From Octopus bimaculoides (Eukaryota), in contig NC_068991.1 of NCBI RefSeq assembly GCF_001194135.2, forward strand, positions 47,300,714-47,364,713: 64,000 nucleotides of DNA, written 5' to 3'. The notes beneath the pieces were generated by a model. That model had not been told where the DNA came from. It saw only the letters and a list, made by a program, of their open reading frames with translations, and searched no databases. The position numbers and the translations under genes are program-made. Each line of letters starts with the position of its first letter. Position 1 is the stretch's first letter. Positions 11,596 through 24,799 of the stretch are shown here, one piece after another.

Positions 11596-12613
11596 ACAAA
11601 CATAATAATAATAATGATGGACTCTCCCATCAAAGACAACATATAACTGTTCAGATTTTTTGCAAAATGACTTCCACAAATATGATTTGTTTATAGTGCT
11701 CAAATGTATGCACTGTACATTAGCTCACTCACTCCATCAAATCGATGTTGCCTGAACAAATGCACAGTGTGCCATGTGTCAGGTGTCAAAGTGATTGCAG
11801 AGTGACGTGAGATGAAGTGCTTTGCTCAAGAGCACAACGCACAATCTGGTCTAGGAATTGAAACCATGATCTCATTATCATGAGTGCAACACACTAATAA
11901 TAATAACAGTTACTAATATAGGTAACAGGTTTGAAATTTGGGGGAAGGAGGTCAGTCAATACCATCAGCTGCAATATTTGACTGGGACTTTATTTTATTT
12001 CCTCCCCAAAGGGATGAAAGACGAAGTCAACTTCAACAGGATTTGAACTTAGAAATGTAAAAAGAACAAATACTGTCTGGCCATGGGGAAATATTATCTT
12101 GCTTGCAAACAGATGAGAGCTGACAACAAGAAGGGCAACTGGTGATAGAAAAAAAAATCTACCTCAAATTCCATCCAACTCATGCAAGCATAGAACAGAG
12201 GACATTAAATGATGAGGAGGATGATGATGATCTGCTTCAAAAGAAAATGTTCTAAGAGGTATCCAGTGCTATTCCATGTTAAGAAGAACAAATATCTATT
12301 TGTAGGAAACTGTAAAAAATACTTTGAAAAAGTTAAATAACTTTCTGGTTGCCCAGTTGGCAGATCATGCAGGCTTCAATTTCTTGTAGGAAGTTTGTTG
12401 ATATTTTGTATTGAAAGTATATAGTCTAAAAAAATGGATATCAGTTTTATTTATTTATTTAATATATATATATATATATATATTTATATCATATGCACAT
12501 AGAGAGAGAAGGAGAAGGGAGAGAGACTGATCCAGAAGAATGACGAAAAATAAGTATGGAATATAGTAGCTTTTGTTGCATTAACGCACGTGGAATATAT
12601 AAAAGATACCTGC

Positions 12614-12685
12614 CTGAAACCAGTCTTTATAGACAGCAATAACTCTTCTCATTGCTAAAGCATGGTTAAAAGAAAACAACAACGC
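12614..12685 (-). CDS. RALGAPA1: RalGAP alpha coding exon (about exon 11), 72 bp with GC donor (76 bp if the GT at 12609 is used)
   Basis: cttttctttccag|GCG TTG...TTT CAG|gcaggtatct; ALLFSFNHALAMRRVIAVYKDWFQ vs recalled [24 protein letters not shown]. The 3' boundary is uncertain by 4 nt. Confidence 0.85.
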
Positions 12686-12989
12686 CTGGAAAGAAAAGAA
12701 ATTGAAAACATATTAGAAGTAATTGATTGTCACACTTTTTGCATAAGATAATTACCTCCCCTTACACAAAATACACCCCCACCCCACCCCTCAAAAAAAG
12801 AAATTTCGATGGTCATTATATTAGAGTTATCTTCCTTAGAAGATAACTAGAACAAAGAGACAACTAGAAAAAAATTCTTGTCTCATTGTATGCATAATCT
12901 CAATTTTTTTTCCCAACTAACTATGCTATATATTAGCTCTTGATGAACATGAAAATAATTGCACAGTAGTTTAAGAAAATTCGGGTATG

Positions 12990-13290
12990 ACCATGGGATT
13001 GAACCTAGAAAGTTCCCCTCCAAAGCACAAATGCAGGCAATATTGTTTATAGAAGACCAGCAGTTGCCCATGCATACCAGTCTCCCTTCTCCATGCCACC
13101 AATGTTATCCAAGTAAAAGCAAAGGCCTTAGTACCAGTGACATCATAAGTCATTTCTACAGTGGAGTGAACTGGAGTAATGTGAACAAAAGTGTCTTGCT
13201 CAAGAACACAATGCACAGCCAAGTCCAGGAATCAACTCACTACCTCATGATTGTGAGCCTGACACTCTAACCACTGAGCCATGTGCCTTC
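12990..13290 (-). mobile_element. SINE, family C-related
   Basis: gtgtcttgctcaagaacacaatgca...ggaatc(g)aactcactacctcatgattgtgagcc...taaccactgagccatg is the reverse complement of a tRNA-like head plus core. Confidence 0.7.
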
Positions 13291-14669
13291 ACTTTAAGAA
13301 AATTCATCACTTATATTTATATATATAAGTGTGTGTGGACATAAGTTTAAACACTAATTGAAATGTATTGGGATTTCCGTTTTTCTGTTTCTTTAAAATA
13401 TTTATTTCCTCCAACTTATCAAATTCATTCTCAATACTATTAAATTTCATTTCTGTCAGGACAATAATTATAAATTAATTCAATGGGTAAATTCAAATTA
13501 CAAATTTATTCTTCTTCACCATAGCTGTGTCCAACATCTCATTTTACAACTCTCACCACATGCAGGTGAAGTATCCAGGCAGTGGTGACACATGGAAAGA
13601 AACTGTCTGGCAAGAATTCTCGCTACAACACTACCCAACTAGATAAGATGACAACTTCTCAGCTGAAGAATAAAGAGTCTGTACAATGCACACAGTAATA
13701 AACTGTACTAGGTCTTTGATAAAGCATTTAATTTATCTGGAAGCCAAGACAGGTAAGAAAAGAGAGAGAGAACAACTCATTACTGAAGCAATAAAGAGAA
13801 AAATGAAACACTTAAATACTGCACCATTCTAAAATGAAATCATCTTAAACATTTCAGATGCATTGAATTACCGGTACTGACAAAAGTTTAAACAAGAACC
13901 ATTAAATTGTGAACTAGAAGGAACCTAAGTCAATATTCTATTACTGGGTTTAAATAACATTTAAATACTATCTTGGCCAAACATGAAATTGTGAAAGAAG
14001 ACTAAATTAAATTCTTCCAATTTTAGAAACAGCATCTGCAAATACAAGCAAGTGTTCAATATTACCATGAGAGCTCCAGGAAGATTTTAGGATAATCAAT
14101 GGAATTAGAAAACAAGAAATGTCTTGAGAGAGCATAAATTAGATTAGAAACAAAAACAGATGCAATGTATTTATTGTCTGCTTTTTGTTTTTCTTCCTGA
14201 AAAAGTTCCATCCAAACCATTAGTTTCCACTGCATCTCACCTCTTTCCCATTTCCAGAAAGATTATATTAAACAGACAAAATAAAGTCAGGTTCTTAATA
14301 ATTAGTAGTTCTACATATAGGCTTAACTCCATAATAAAATTAAGTTCTGGCTTCAACTCAACAATTGGGTTCATCCTTCCTTTCCTTCTATTAAACCATA
14401 ACTATGCTCTGAAAGATGTTAATTTTTTTCTCCCTCATCCCCTCAAAATCATAAGATTTATAGAACTACTTGTTCATATTTACTAAGAACATCAATATCA
14501 CCATTGTGTACATGTGTCAATCATCATTCTAAAACAGGTGGTTATATGTGCAATAGAGCCAGCTCATTAAGGATAAGTAACCATCTCATCTGCTTCTCTT
14601 TTAAACAACACCAAGAAAATTTCCTTAAGTAATGAGCCTACTGTTTTCTTCTTGGATAATATGATTTCT

Positions 14670-14850
14670 GATTCAGACACGAGGCCAACAATTCTGAGGA
14701 GAAGGGGTTAGTTAATACCATGACTGGTATTTTATTTTATCAAGCCTAGAAGGACGAAAGACAATGCTGACCTCAGTGGAATTTGAACTCAGAATATAAA
14801 GAGTCAAAACAAATATTGCAAGACACTTTTCTGACACTCAAACAATTCTG
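14670..14850 (-). mobile_element. SINE family B
   Basis: ctggtatttattttatcaagcctagaaggacgaaagacaatgctgacctcagtggaatttgaactcagaat. Confidence 0.7.
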
Positions 14851-14906
14851 CTAGCTCACCCTCTTTCCTTGGATAATGTAATAAAAGGAGTTGAAGAAGT
14901 ACAAAC

Positions 14907-15171
14907 CTGTCGGAATGCTTCATGGACAACGTTGACATTTTCTCGGGTAGAAAACAAAACTGATTTCACAATTTCATATTCTGAAAGACTATGGTCTTCG
15001 TTATATATACTAGAATTTGTAGAGTTATCTGTACATTGTGAGCCTGTTGATAAAGTACTGGCAGCACTTCCGGGTACCAGCTGGTCACTGTCCGCTTTTG
15101 GTTCACTCACAGCACACGTCTCTACTTCCGTTTGATGACTTTGCTCGGTCAGCAGAGAACAGGACAAACCC
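14907..15171 (-). CDS. RALGAPA1: RalGAP alpha coding exon (about exon 10), 265 bp, phase 2 to 0
   Basis: actttttag|G GGT TTG...CGA CAG|gtttgt; Ser/Thr-rich linker then EDHSLSEYEIVKSVLFSTRENVNVVHEAFRQ vs recalled [30 protein letters not shown]. Confidence 0.92.
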
Positions 15172-15645
15172 CTAAAAAGTAAGACAAAAAAGATGAGTTT
15201 GAAACATGCTACAATGGGAACCTGATTAGTTAAACTTATGAAAAAGGGCCAAAGCACAGACATTAATTGGGAAGAGAGGGACTACATTTACAAACTCTAC
15301 CTCACCCCCAGATCTCTACGCACCTCAAGTAATTACAGGGTCAAACAGTGTCAACAGCATCTTATGTTTTGTATTATTTACACACGCATGTACAAACATG
15401 ATATATACTTTATAAATTCAACCACTCAGAGAATCTGTAAAGCATTTCAAACAGGCAAAAAAAAAAAACTATCAGAAAACAGACAACCACACAAACAGAA
15501 ATGCTGATTGTTAGCTAAACTTCAACAATACAAGTCTCTGTGAAATATTCGCAGGAAGCATCAATTCTGTTGCAATAAAACTAGAAACTGCATATCTTAT
15601 ATTTTCTTGGATGTTGATGCTATGCTACTGCTAATCCATCTAAAT

Positions 15646-15975
15646 CAGGGGTTATCAACCATTTTTATCTATGGACCCCTTTGATTACTATTTTATTCTG
15701 GTGGATCACCCATAGCCATTCGATGTTTAAAAACTAGTTTTATAGAAACTTCTTTCAAAATTCTTATTTTGCTTTTCACACATTAACTTGTGCAGGTTGA
15801 ACTATGTATAATATTAGAGAAAGAAGCTTAGCTGTTTCTTGCAATACATACCAATATATACATCTAAAGCAAAATTTTTTCAGGGGCCCCTAAAATACTA
15901 TTGTGGATCTCCAATTTACTATTTTGCTGTGTGGACTCCCAAAAATCTTATATGGACCCCAGTTAGGAACCACTG
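15646..15975. mobile_element. hAT-superfamily MITE, 330 bp, 8-bp TSD
   Basis: ATCTAAAT|CAGGGGTTATCAAC...GTTAGGAACCACTG|ATCTAAAT; CAG-start TIRs with an 8-bp TSD are hAT hallmarks. Confidence 0.9.
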
Positions 15976-16721
15976 ATCTAAATATTGAAGAAAAAAGTAC
16001 AAGGGACAAAATTCAATTAACAGGCTATTTTAATGGCCTGCATCCCATTGACTCATAATCCATTTAACTTAGTTGACAGTTAAATATTTCCTATTTGCAG
16101 GGAACAATACATTTTAAAATAATTACTAAATTCCTTTTCAAGCTTACTATAAGTGATTTAGTACATAAGTGGTGGTAAGGCTTCACATTGCTGATGCTTC
16201 AATTACAGCGCAACCCCACAGGCTAAAGTTAAACTCAATAATATAAATCAAAGAATAACTCATCAATTTTTCTATATTTTTGCAGTATTTCACCTAGTGA
16301 TAATAACTTGCACTGAAATTAATTGAGTTAGAGTTAATCCTTTAGCCAGAGACACAGCAGCATGCTAGCACATGAACTACAGACCATTTTAGCAAGCTTA
16401 ACTCAAGGAATTCAAAACTGAATATCAAAATCTTACAAACGACACACATGTCACAAGTAAATTTAACAAAATAATATTCTGGCTTGTATAGAATTTATCA
16501 CACATATACATGAGTTTGATAAAGTGAACAGAATAGAGGAGAGGAGGAGAGAGTGCATGTGAGTGTGTGTAAAAAAGATCATAGAAGAAATAAGTGAAGA
16601 GGAGGAATGAAGGAGAGAAAAGAGAGGACAAGACCAGGAAGAGGGGAGAGAATAAAAGAAAATGGAGAGGAATGGAGAGAGAAAAATGTGTGAGGGATTG
16701 GAAAAGTGGATTTTTTTTTAC

Positions 16722-16860
16722 TTTGTCATTGTATTCTCAGTTCGCTTTGTGGAGATCACAAATGTAGACAACCAACGGACAAAGGAATCCCGGCATTCTG
16801 AAATATTTAATGGCCTATCTTGACTTTTGAGGTCTTGCATTCTCCGATTCTTTGGTAATT
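16722..16860 (-). CDS. RALGAPA1: RalGAP alpha coding exon (about exon 9), 139 bp, phase 1 to 2
   Basis: gcttttcag|AA TTA...ACA AA|gtaaaa; ELPKNRRMQDLKSQDRPLNISECRDSFVRWLSTFVISTKRTENTMT; the RDSFVRWL core matches recalled RVIVIRWL; phases fit both neighbours. Confidence 0.82.
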
Positions 16861-16883
16861 CTGAAAAGCAAAGCAGAAGAAAC

Positions 16884-16887
<4 letters not shown>

Positions 16888-16973
<86 letters not shown>

Positions 16974-17093
16974 NNNNNNNNNNNNNNNNNNNNNNNNNNN
17001 NNNNNNNNNNNNNNNNNNNNNNNNNNNNNNNNNAAAGAGAGAGAAAGAGAGAGAGAGAAAGAGAGAGAGAGAAAGAGAGAGAGAGAAAGAGAG

Positions 17094-17124
<31 letters not shown>

Positions 17125-17136
17125 AAGAGAGAGAGA

Positions 17137-17170
<34 letters not shown>

Positions 17171-17210
17171 CCACAGACGCATACATACATACACACACAC
17201 ACACACACAT
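16888..17210. repeat. Compound microsatellite (GA)n/(GAGAGAAA)n/(GT)n/(CA)n with a 60-N gap
   Basis: Directly visible; starts 27 nt from the acceptor at 16860. Confidence 0.97.
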
Positions 17211-17711
17211 CCATACTTACATATACACACTTATCAACAGATAATGTTGATCACTAATAGCTTAACATTAATCACGTTTTTCCTTTGGTAGCAGGGTTGC
17301 AAAAGGAACAATATCCACCGTAAAATCTTGGCTCAAAACTTAGATTCAAATACTTGGTAACATAGAAATCTAAACATTAAACAAATGATTGAACTAATTA
17401 AATTTCAATAGCAAAGTTAGAGTAACACCTAGTTTTCAGCAGAGTGAACCAAGATATGTGAGTAAAGCACCCTGCACAGCAGAACTCATCAATACTAAAA
17501 GAATTCAATGTCATCTCATCAGCAACCTACTCAAATCTAATGGTTATATTCCTACTATCCATCTTAAAATTTATCTCTCTTGAGCTCTATATTCAATAAT
17601 ACCTTCTGTCTACCAAAATTTCCTTGCTAGAGCTGCATATCTCAGGATTCTTTCATCCCACTAATATCACTAAAATTCTTCTCTTTAAATAACAAGTATA
17701 TTAAACATTAT

Positions 17712-17942
17712 TATGAGTGGATTTGGTAGACGGAAACTGAAAGAAGCCCATCCTGTGTGTGTCCAACATCGCTTGACAACCAATGCTGGTGTGTTTACGT
17801 CCCTGTAACTTAGCGGTTCAGCAAAAAAAGGCCGCTAGAATAAGTACTAGGCTTACAAAGAATAAGTCTTGGAGTCGATTTGCTCGACTAAAGCCGGTGC
17901 TCCAGCATGGCCACAGTCAAATGACTGAAACAAGTAAAAGAG
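17712..17942 (+). mobile_element. 5'-truncated SINE family A
   Basis: gagtggatttggtagacggaaactgaaagaagccc...cgcttgacaacc...tgactgaaacaagtaaaagag. Confidence 0.85.
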
Positions 17943-18064
17943 TGTAATAGGAAGAACTAATGAAAGTATAGATTCAAAAGTTTTAAGAATAGGTTATGAA
18001 AAAAATTGTTACTATCATTGTTTGAATCTTTTTCATGAAGTTTAGTGGAAAGCAAGAGACTTAC

Positions 18065-18203
18065 CTAAAGGAGGGTCGTATATACTGCGTGAAAAATCAA
18101 AATCAGGTAGCAACCATTTCAGATAAGAACTTTTGAATTTGTCAAATAAAAATACAAAACTGGTTTCCCTCATACTTTTGTTCAACCATTCTACTTTGAT
18201 AAC
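18065..18203 (-). CDS. RALGAPA1: RalGAP alpha coding exon (about exon 8), 139 bp, phase 0 to 1
   Basis: ctctttcag|GTT ATC...TTA G|gtaagt; VIKVEWLNKSMRETSFVFLFDKFKSSYLKWLLPDFDFSRSIYDPPL vs recalled [46 protein letters not shown]. Confidence 0.9.
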
Positions 18204-19311
18204 CTGAAAGAGAGGTTAGGAAAATCTCAACCAAAGGGTGGACAAATTAACTGAATTAGATTTGTAAGAAGAATAAAAGGATTTACAAATGAGAGACAAG
18301 ACAATCCTTAAATCAGAACAGAAGAGAAATTAGTAAAAAGTAAAAGAAATCAGTAAAAAAAAAAAAAAAACAGAACAGCGGGACATATATGAGGAGAAAA
18401 GGGAAATTACATTTCACTATGGAATGAAGTTTTCATACACAATGAACCAGAGTTGAATTATTATTTAACTATCAAGGAGACAGAGTATATAGCTGTGAGA
18501 AAGCATCAGTAAGTCTAACACGAAGTTAAATTCAAAATGGCTGACATTAATGAAATGAGTGAGTATCCACAGAGTGGCAAGTATGAACTCTGAGAACTGA
18601 TATTTTGCATCAGAAAATTGACGGGGGAAAAAATTAAGATTTCAAGCTCCAGTCTGTAAGTAAGATAAAGAAGATACTAATCCAAACCCCATGACAGGTC
18701 TTCAACAAAAGAGTACCAAAATAATCACTACTTTATCTCAAGTACGACCAACACATACCTTTTCTATTGTTATTTCCAATCTATTTGTGGCAACTAAGAT
18801 ACTCAGTTATCATTAGCTTACTAATTTTAATAATTAATCATATCCTGTTTCTATGCTTCAAGAATCTACACTTTTTTTTAAAAACCTTTCAGGAATTCTA
18901 AAAACTTTACAACATGTGTAGTTTTAGTTTCTGTAATATTAAGTAGATAACATAAAAAAATGCACCTTTATTGATGATTATTTCTATTGCAGGTTATTAT
19001 TTCAGAACAGCTGATACACATTCTATAGCAGGAGTAAATTGCTGGAAAATGCAATTAAATCTCTTGCCCAAGGACAATGAAAATAACTGCATAAAATGTG
19101 GACTCGTAATCCAACAAATTTAATTATTCATTTATTCAACAGCAATGAAATGTTACAGCAAGAGTCAAAAGGGACAGCAACAACACCAAGAATGTGAATA
19201 ATTAACAAGGAAGTTGGTAGAGATGGGGGAACTAACAGTGTTGTGGGGAGTACTGGAGATGTTTATTCTGATTAAAAATAACAACACAATCCCAAGACCA
19301 AATGAACTCAC

Positions 19312-19439
19312 CTCAGATACCAGATAAGCTAGAAAGGCATCCAGAAAAAATTTTGTTGTATTTTCTGGAAGTTTCTCTCCAACGGCAGGAAGAATGGGTG
19401 AAATTTCACCAGGACTGACAACTCCAAGATCATTGTTGT
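19312..19439 (-). CDS. RALGAPA1: RalGAP alpha coding exon (about exon 7), 128 bp, phase 1 to 0
   Basis: ttcattccag|AC AAC...TCT GAG|gtgagt; VVSPGEISPILPAVGEKLPENTTKFFLDAFLAYLVSE vs recalled [37 protein letters not shown]. Confidence 0.9.
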
Positions 19440-19484
19440 CTGGAATGAAATAAAATTGTAACTTTGTTATTTTTTAATAAATAC

Positions 19485-19830
19485 AACATTGTGGTCTTGA
19501 ATGGAGAGAATATTAGATTGGAGAGCATATAAGATTGGAGAGAAAAGAAAAGCCAACATGCTCTGTTGGATGTGCAATGAAAATGTGCATGAATGACAAA
19601 GTACAAATGTATTGGGAGAAAAACTGGGCATAAGAAGAGTTAAATGTAGTATGTAAAAAAGAAGGCTGTGCTGATAGACATGTAATGTGGATGGAGTTTG
19701 TGAGAAGAGTCCCAGGAAAACATGGGACAAAGTAGTGAAGGCTGACATCAGGCTCTTGAACTTCAAGGAGATGACAAAAGACTAAAATGACTGGCAATAT
19801 GTGGTTTTGAAGAAGACTTCTCCAACTCAG
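19485..19830 (+). mobile_element. Decayed 3' fragment of an RTE LINE ORF
   Basis: gccaacatgctctgttggatgtgcaat...aaaactgggcataaga...ggaaaacatgggacaaagtagtgaagg matches the reverse complement of 33700-34000. Confidence 0.75.
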
Positions 19831-19984
19831 AGAATGAAGATTTTTGAAACACAATGTGTGTGTATGTATGTGTGTATGTATGTGTGTGTGTGTGTGTATG
19901 TATGTGTGTATATATGTGTGTGTGCAGGCGTGCATACCACTGTCACACCCCTGCCCTATTTCCTCCACAAGACACTCCCACACA

Positions 19985-21075
19985 CCCATCATCTCTCTAA
20001 CTGCACTATTCTGCTGCTGTAATTAAATGTAAGCAGAACTACAGGATCCATTTTCCTTAACATAACTTACCCTGCTCTTAGTACCCACAACCATATCACT
20101 GTTATCCATCTTCCATTCTTAACACTGTCCTCTCAACTCACACTTTACAATGATTATTTTCCTGAACCATCAAATTATCTCCTCTCCATCACAATACATT
20201 TCTTTTCCTTCTTTCACAAAGTGAAATGGGGAAGTGGGGTAGACTGTGTGTAAGCCACCCACTCTTACAACCTACCCAACTACGTCATTTCCCTCTCTCC
20301 TTTTTGCCCATCCTCTCTTATATCATTATTATTTTAAAAAGTAATCAGGATTATTATTACCATTCCCCAGATTCTCACCACCCCAAACTCATTTTGCAAT
20401 GTTAGTCATCTCTTCTCTTTATCTCCACCCCACCCCCACTTGTGTATCATTGGTCATCCTTCAACCACCACACCCCTCAACCCTACCCAATTTCTACAGC
20501 TGTCACCTATATTTCCCCTCTTCCTTTCCTCCTCTACTTATCACCTTCATAGTAGTCACCTTCTCACCCATTCCTTAACTCTAACCATCTTTCTCCCACC
20601 TTGCAACCTCTACTCACCTACAATGCTTGCTCCCTAGACCCAACAACACTTCTACTCACTTCATATCTTGAGGGTCCACTCTAACACTTCATCCACACAA
20701 TTTCTATCTCTTTCCAGTTCCACCCCTACCATTCCCACCTTCTCTTTTATAATGAAAGTAGCTGCGTAGCTCCTCTACAACAAAAGACCTCTTCTGGTCC
20801 TTCCTTCCTCACATTAATGCTTTACTGTACAGCATAAAGCCATCCCTCTCTATTGTAGCCCCACTTAATTGAAAGGAATCTTAGTCTTGCAAACTGTTTG
20901 TCAACTTCAATAATACTGGTGCCACAAAAAAGCATCCAGTGCACACTGTGAAGTGAAGGGCATCTAGCCATAGAAACTATACCAAAAGTATTGGAGCATG
21001 ATGCAGTATTTGGACCCTTCAGATCCAGTCAAACTGTCCAGCCCATGCCAGCATGGAACAGGGATATTAAATAAT
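19985..21075 (+). mobile_element. Pyrimidine-rich retroposon with RTE-type 3' tail
   Basis: Starts ctgcactattctgctgctgtaatt (cf. reverse complement at about 44960), long C/T-rich body, ends gaagggcatctagccatagaaact...cccatgccagcatggaac. Confidence 0.55.
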
Positions 21076-21617
21076 GAGGTGTAACAAGCTGGACATTTAT
21101 ACACATGGAATATAGAGACACTGTAGATTTCAGATTACAGTGCTAAACTGGTTACAGTCACAGTTATAGGTAAAGAGACAAAAATCATGAAATGACCTTC
21201 CTTCCTTGACTTCAGAATTCTTTAAAAGTGGAGGTGGGAATCATAAAATTCAACTCAGTTAATTCCAAAGTAGATGAATTAATCAAATAATCAGTACTAT
21301 CAAACTGTACTCAAAATGCCAAGTAAGTCTTAGTCATCTAAGCCCTTGCATAGCATTCAAATATCAACAGTCAAGGTGTTAATAGTCATTCAATTCAATT
21401 TCAAGATATTCTCAAGCTTAAATTTATCAAAGGACCCAAGAAAGTTGAAAGCAATTATAATTTTCAGCAAAGTCTAAATTTAGAATAGTTAAGAGTTTCA
21501 CAAATATCAAGTTTACAGTTTACATCAGTTTACATCAACTCTAGTGATTATCATTTCAAAACAATTATTAATTAGCAAATATCAAAACAGAGTTAGAAGG
21601 AAAAAAAGTAAGCTTAC

Positions 21618-21771
21618 TGTCATTAAAGCCCATTCTGCTATAGACATCCTCTAAACTAGTACAACTGAGGCCAGGAACTAAGTAAAGGAAAACATTGTGG
21701 CATTCCTCGGACGCATTTTCCTGCAAAATCTGGTACCAGATGATAAACAGCCTCATGCCTTCTCGACGCAG
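21618..21771 (-). CDS. RALGAPA1: RalGAP alpha coding exon (about exon 6), 154 bp, phase 0 to 1
   Basis: tttttccag|CTG CGT...GAC A|gtaagc; LRREGMRLFIIWYQILQENASEECHNVFLYLVPGL vs recalled [35 protein letters not shown]. Confidence 0.93.
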
Positions 21772-24657
21772 CTGGAAAAACAACAAAAATAAACTTTACT
21801 GAATTCATTAAAAGAGAAAGAAAACTAAAGCTTAATAATATTGAATTCATTAAAAAAGGAAGAAAATTAAAAGCTTGATAAAAATTCTTTCAAACATTTT
21901 TTTCCCCAAATTCAGATATTTACAAAAATCAATGAAGTAGAAATTTTAATTACAAAATGCCCTTTCCAACATAAACAATTCAACCATGGTAAAAGATGAG
22001 TGACAGTTTATTTGAAAGTAGATTAGACTGAGATTTTCAACTAAGCAAATAGAAATTCACAAACAACATACTTTTGGCGATGTTTTAAACACTTGACATT
22101 TGAAGTTACTACTTCAACAACCTGAGCTACACAGCCACCAAACTTACATGTTATAAAAATACATTAAAAACAATTGTTGTGCTATTTCACATTACACATA
22201 TGAACAAACATATTATTTCCGTTAAATACTTCTGTCAAATACACATTCTGACGTTTTTTTTGTTTTTTTTTTTACTTTATAAACTTTGATTAACTGATAA
22301 ATATTGAACAATAAAAATAACACTAAAGTAAGAAACCCATGAAACTAATCTGTATCATATTTCAGGCTTCAATCTGGGTCATGTAACACCTTTCTCAGTC
22401 AAAGGTTCTTCAATCACTGTCACTACAACCAAGCACCTACTCATCAGTGGAAATTTCAGAAATCAGGATATTGCCAGTTACTCACCACATCTCACACTCA
22501 CTGTCTGTTACCAGCTGCTGTGATATAACTGAACATCCAGTGATATTACTAAGCTATTCTATTTTTTTTAACTTACTTCCTTTATTCCCAAAACAATTAT
22601 TGCTTTTCTCACTTCATATTCATTCAACTTCAACAGATGTTATGATGAAAACCAAGTAAATATCATCAAAACATTTAATATATCCCTCTCTTTTTTTTAA
22701 GCTGGTGAGAGTGATATGAGGGAGACTGAAGGTTATGCAACTATGTTGAAGCCTCTTCTTCAGGATATTGCCAACATAAACAACCATGGTCTATTACTGG
22801 TACTAATTTTATCAACTCAAGAGGAGTGAAAAGCAAATGTGACCATATCAGAATCTGAACTAAGAACATAAGACAAAAATAAATGTTAGAAAGAATTTAA
22901 TTTGATGATTTACTATTTCTACCAACTCAAATACAAAATCAATGTCTTGAGGACGGGTTACAATTGACAGAATCCTGATACATTACTGCTACTTAACTTA
23001 TAATCATTTGAATGATCAAAGGCAAAGCTGACTGATAAATTAACAGACATAAAAGGAGAAATAGAAATCAGTGAAGCAACAGAATTCATAGAACAATGTT
23101 CTAAATGCCAAACAATATTGTTTCATACTTCTATGCTCAGGGTTCAAATTCTGCCATGGTCAGTTTTATCTTTGATTCCCTCAGGGTTAATAAAATAAAT
23201 ATCGGGCATGTACTGGAATCAGTCCATTCAATTATACATCTGTCATACAAAGGTATAGCCTTGTACCAATGTAAGGAACCAATATTACCAAAGGAATGCA
23301 TAAACAACTCAAATTACTTAACAGTTTCCAACCTACAATGTGCACCAGTTAATAAATTCCAAGCTGTTACCTTGGAATTTATTAACTAATGATAAGGTTT
23401 ACAAATCTGTTTTTAATCACCAAAGAAACATATTTACAACTGTTCTGAATGTCACATCATTGTTTTGATGTCTACTTTTCCATGTTTGCATGGGTTAGGT
23501 GAGAGGCAGACTTTTCTTTTGCTGGATGTCATTCCTATTGCAAACCTCCTACTTGTAACTAAGTGAAGTAATAATTTTTCAGTCTATCTAATGACAAACA
23601 GCTTGGACATGCTTTTACACTGGACCATAAGCAAACAATACCACCAGCAAGGCCATTGTTTACAACCAGCGAACACATGTGAAGATGAGGGAAATACAAA
23701 CTCAATCGCATATGTGTGCACACACAATCATCATCATGCAATGTCCCTCAGGCATGCTGGCAATGGTTGGATGGTTTAACAGGATGCAATAAGCCAGAGG
23801 ACTGTACTAAGTTTCAATGTCTGCTTTGGCATGCCATTTCTTACACCAACCACTTTACAAGAGTATACTCCATTCCAGCACTAGTGAGTTTGCCAAGTAA
23901 CTTGCAAAACAAAGATGATAGCTGGTCTCTTTGCTGGGTCCACATTGGGAAGATCCTCTTTCTAGCTTTACATTCTCCACATTTAGGTAATCTCTCATAG
24001 TAGTATTTCTATGCCACTGTCTTTTCAGAAGCATTAAGTGCAAGTGGACAATTTCTCAACATCTCAATTTTTTTCTAATACACAGTCTTGCAATCCAGAA
24101 CACCTCACACCTTTGATCCTTCTGCAGTAGAACATTGGCAAACCTCTTACTTTCTACTACTCTCTTTTCTATGTAAACCTGATACCTAGTTTCTCTCCTG
24201 GCAATCTGTTATAATTCTTTAAAAATGATGTCTGATGTTAAAACTTCATATACATTTACAGATGTGCATACATGCATTAGACAGTGAATCAGTAGAGTAA
24301 TTTGAGTGCCAGATAGAACTGCTTTACAATATTTGTTTTGAATTGTTGTACTCAAGACCAAATCCTTTCAAAGGTCAACATTGCTCTTCATTCTTCTATG
24401 GTCAATGGATACAATACCAGTCAAATACTGAGGTAGATCCTTCTCTCCCTCTGTCTCTCTAAATTAGCTACTATGGAAAGAGAAGAGTCATGAAAAACCA
24501 CTTAATGTGTCTTTTTTTCCATTGCTCATAAAGAGGTTATATTTTTGCATATGAATGGATAATATGTCAGATGATTAGTGAGTAGAGGATGCTGCATTTG
24601 TAACATATAAAATAAAACATGTGGGAGAAAGAATACAAATACAATAACTAATTTTAC

Positions 24658-24701
24658 CTTTAACCCATTCTTTGGATGAAGTAATTTTTTCATAATTCGA
24701 C
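24658..24701 (-). CDS. RALGAPA1: RalGAP alpha coding exon (about exon 5), 44 bp, phase 1 to 0
   Basis: ctttttcag|GT CGA...TTA AAG|gtaaaa; GRIMKKLLHPKNGLK vs recalled GLILKKLLHTGNSLK. Confidence 0.92.
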
Positions 24702-24799
24702 CTGAAAAAGACAATTTCTTATATGTAACATTAATATCATTGGACAAAAGTATAGATCTAAATAAAATAGATATATCATAGCAATAACAAAAATTTTCT

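Noticed and set aside
16718-17291. Poly-SL, poly-RE and HT-repeat ORFs; similar ones at 2377-2763, 9710-10007, 19513-20026
   Set aside because: Microsatellite or minisatellite translations; only 16722-16860 is a real exon.
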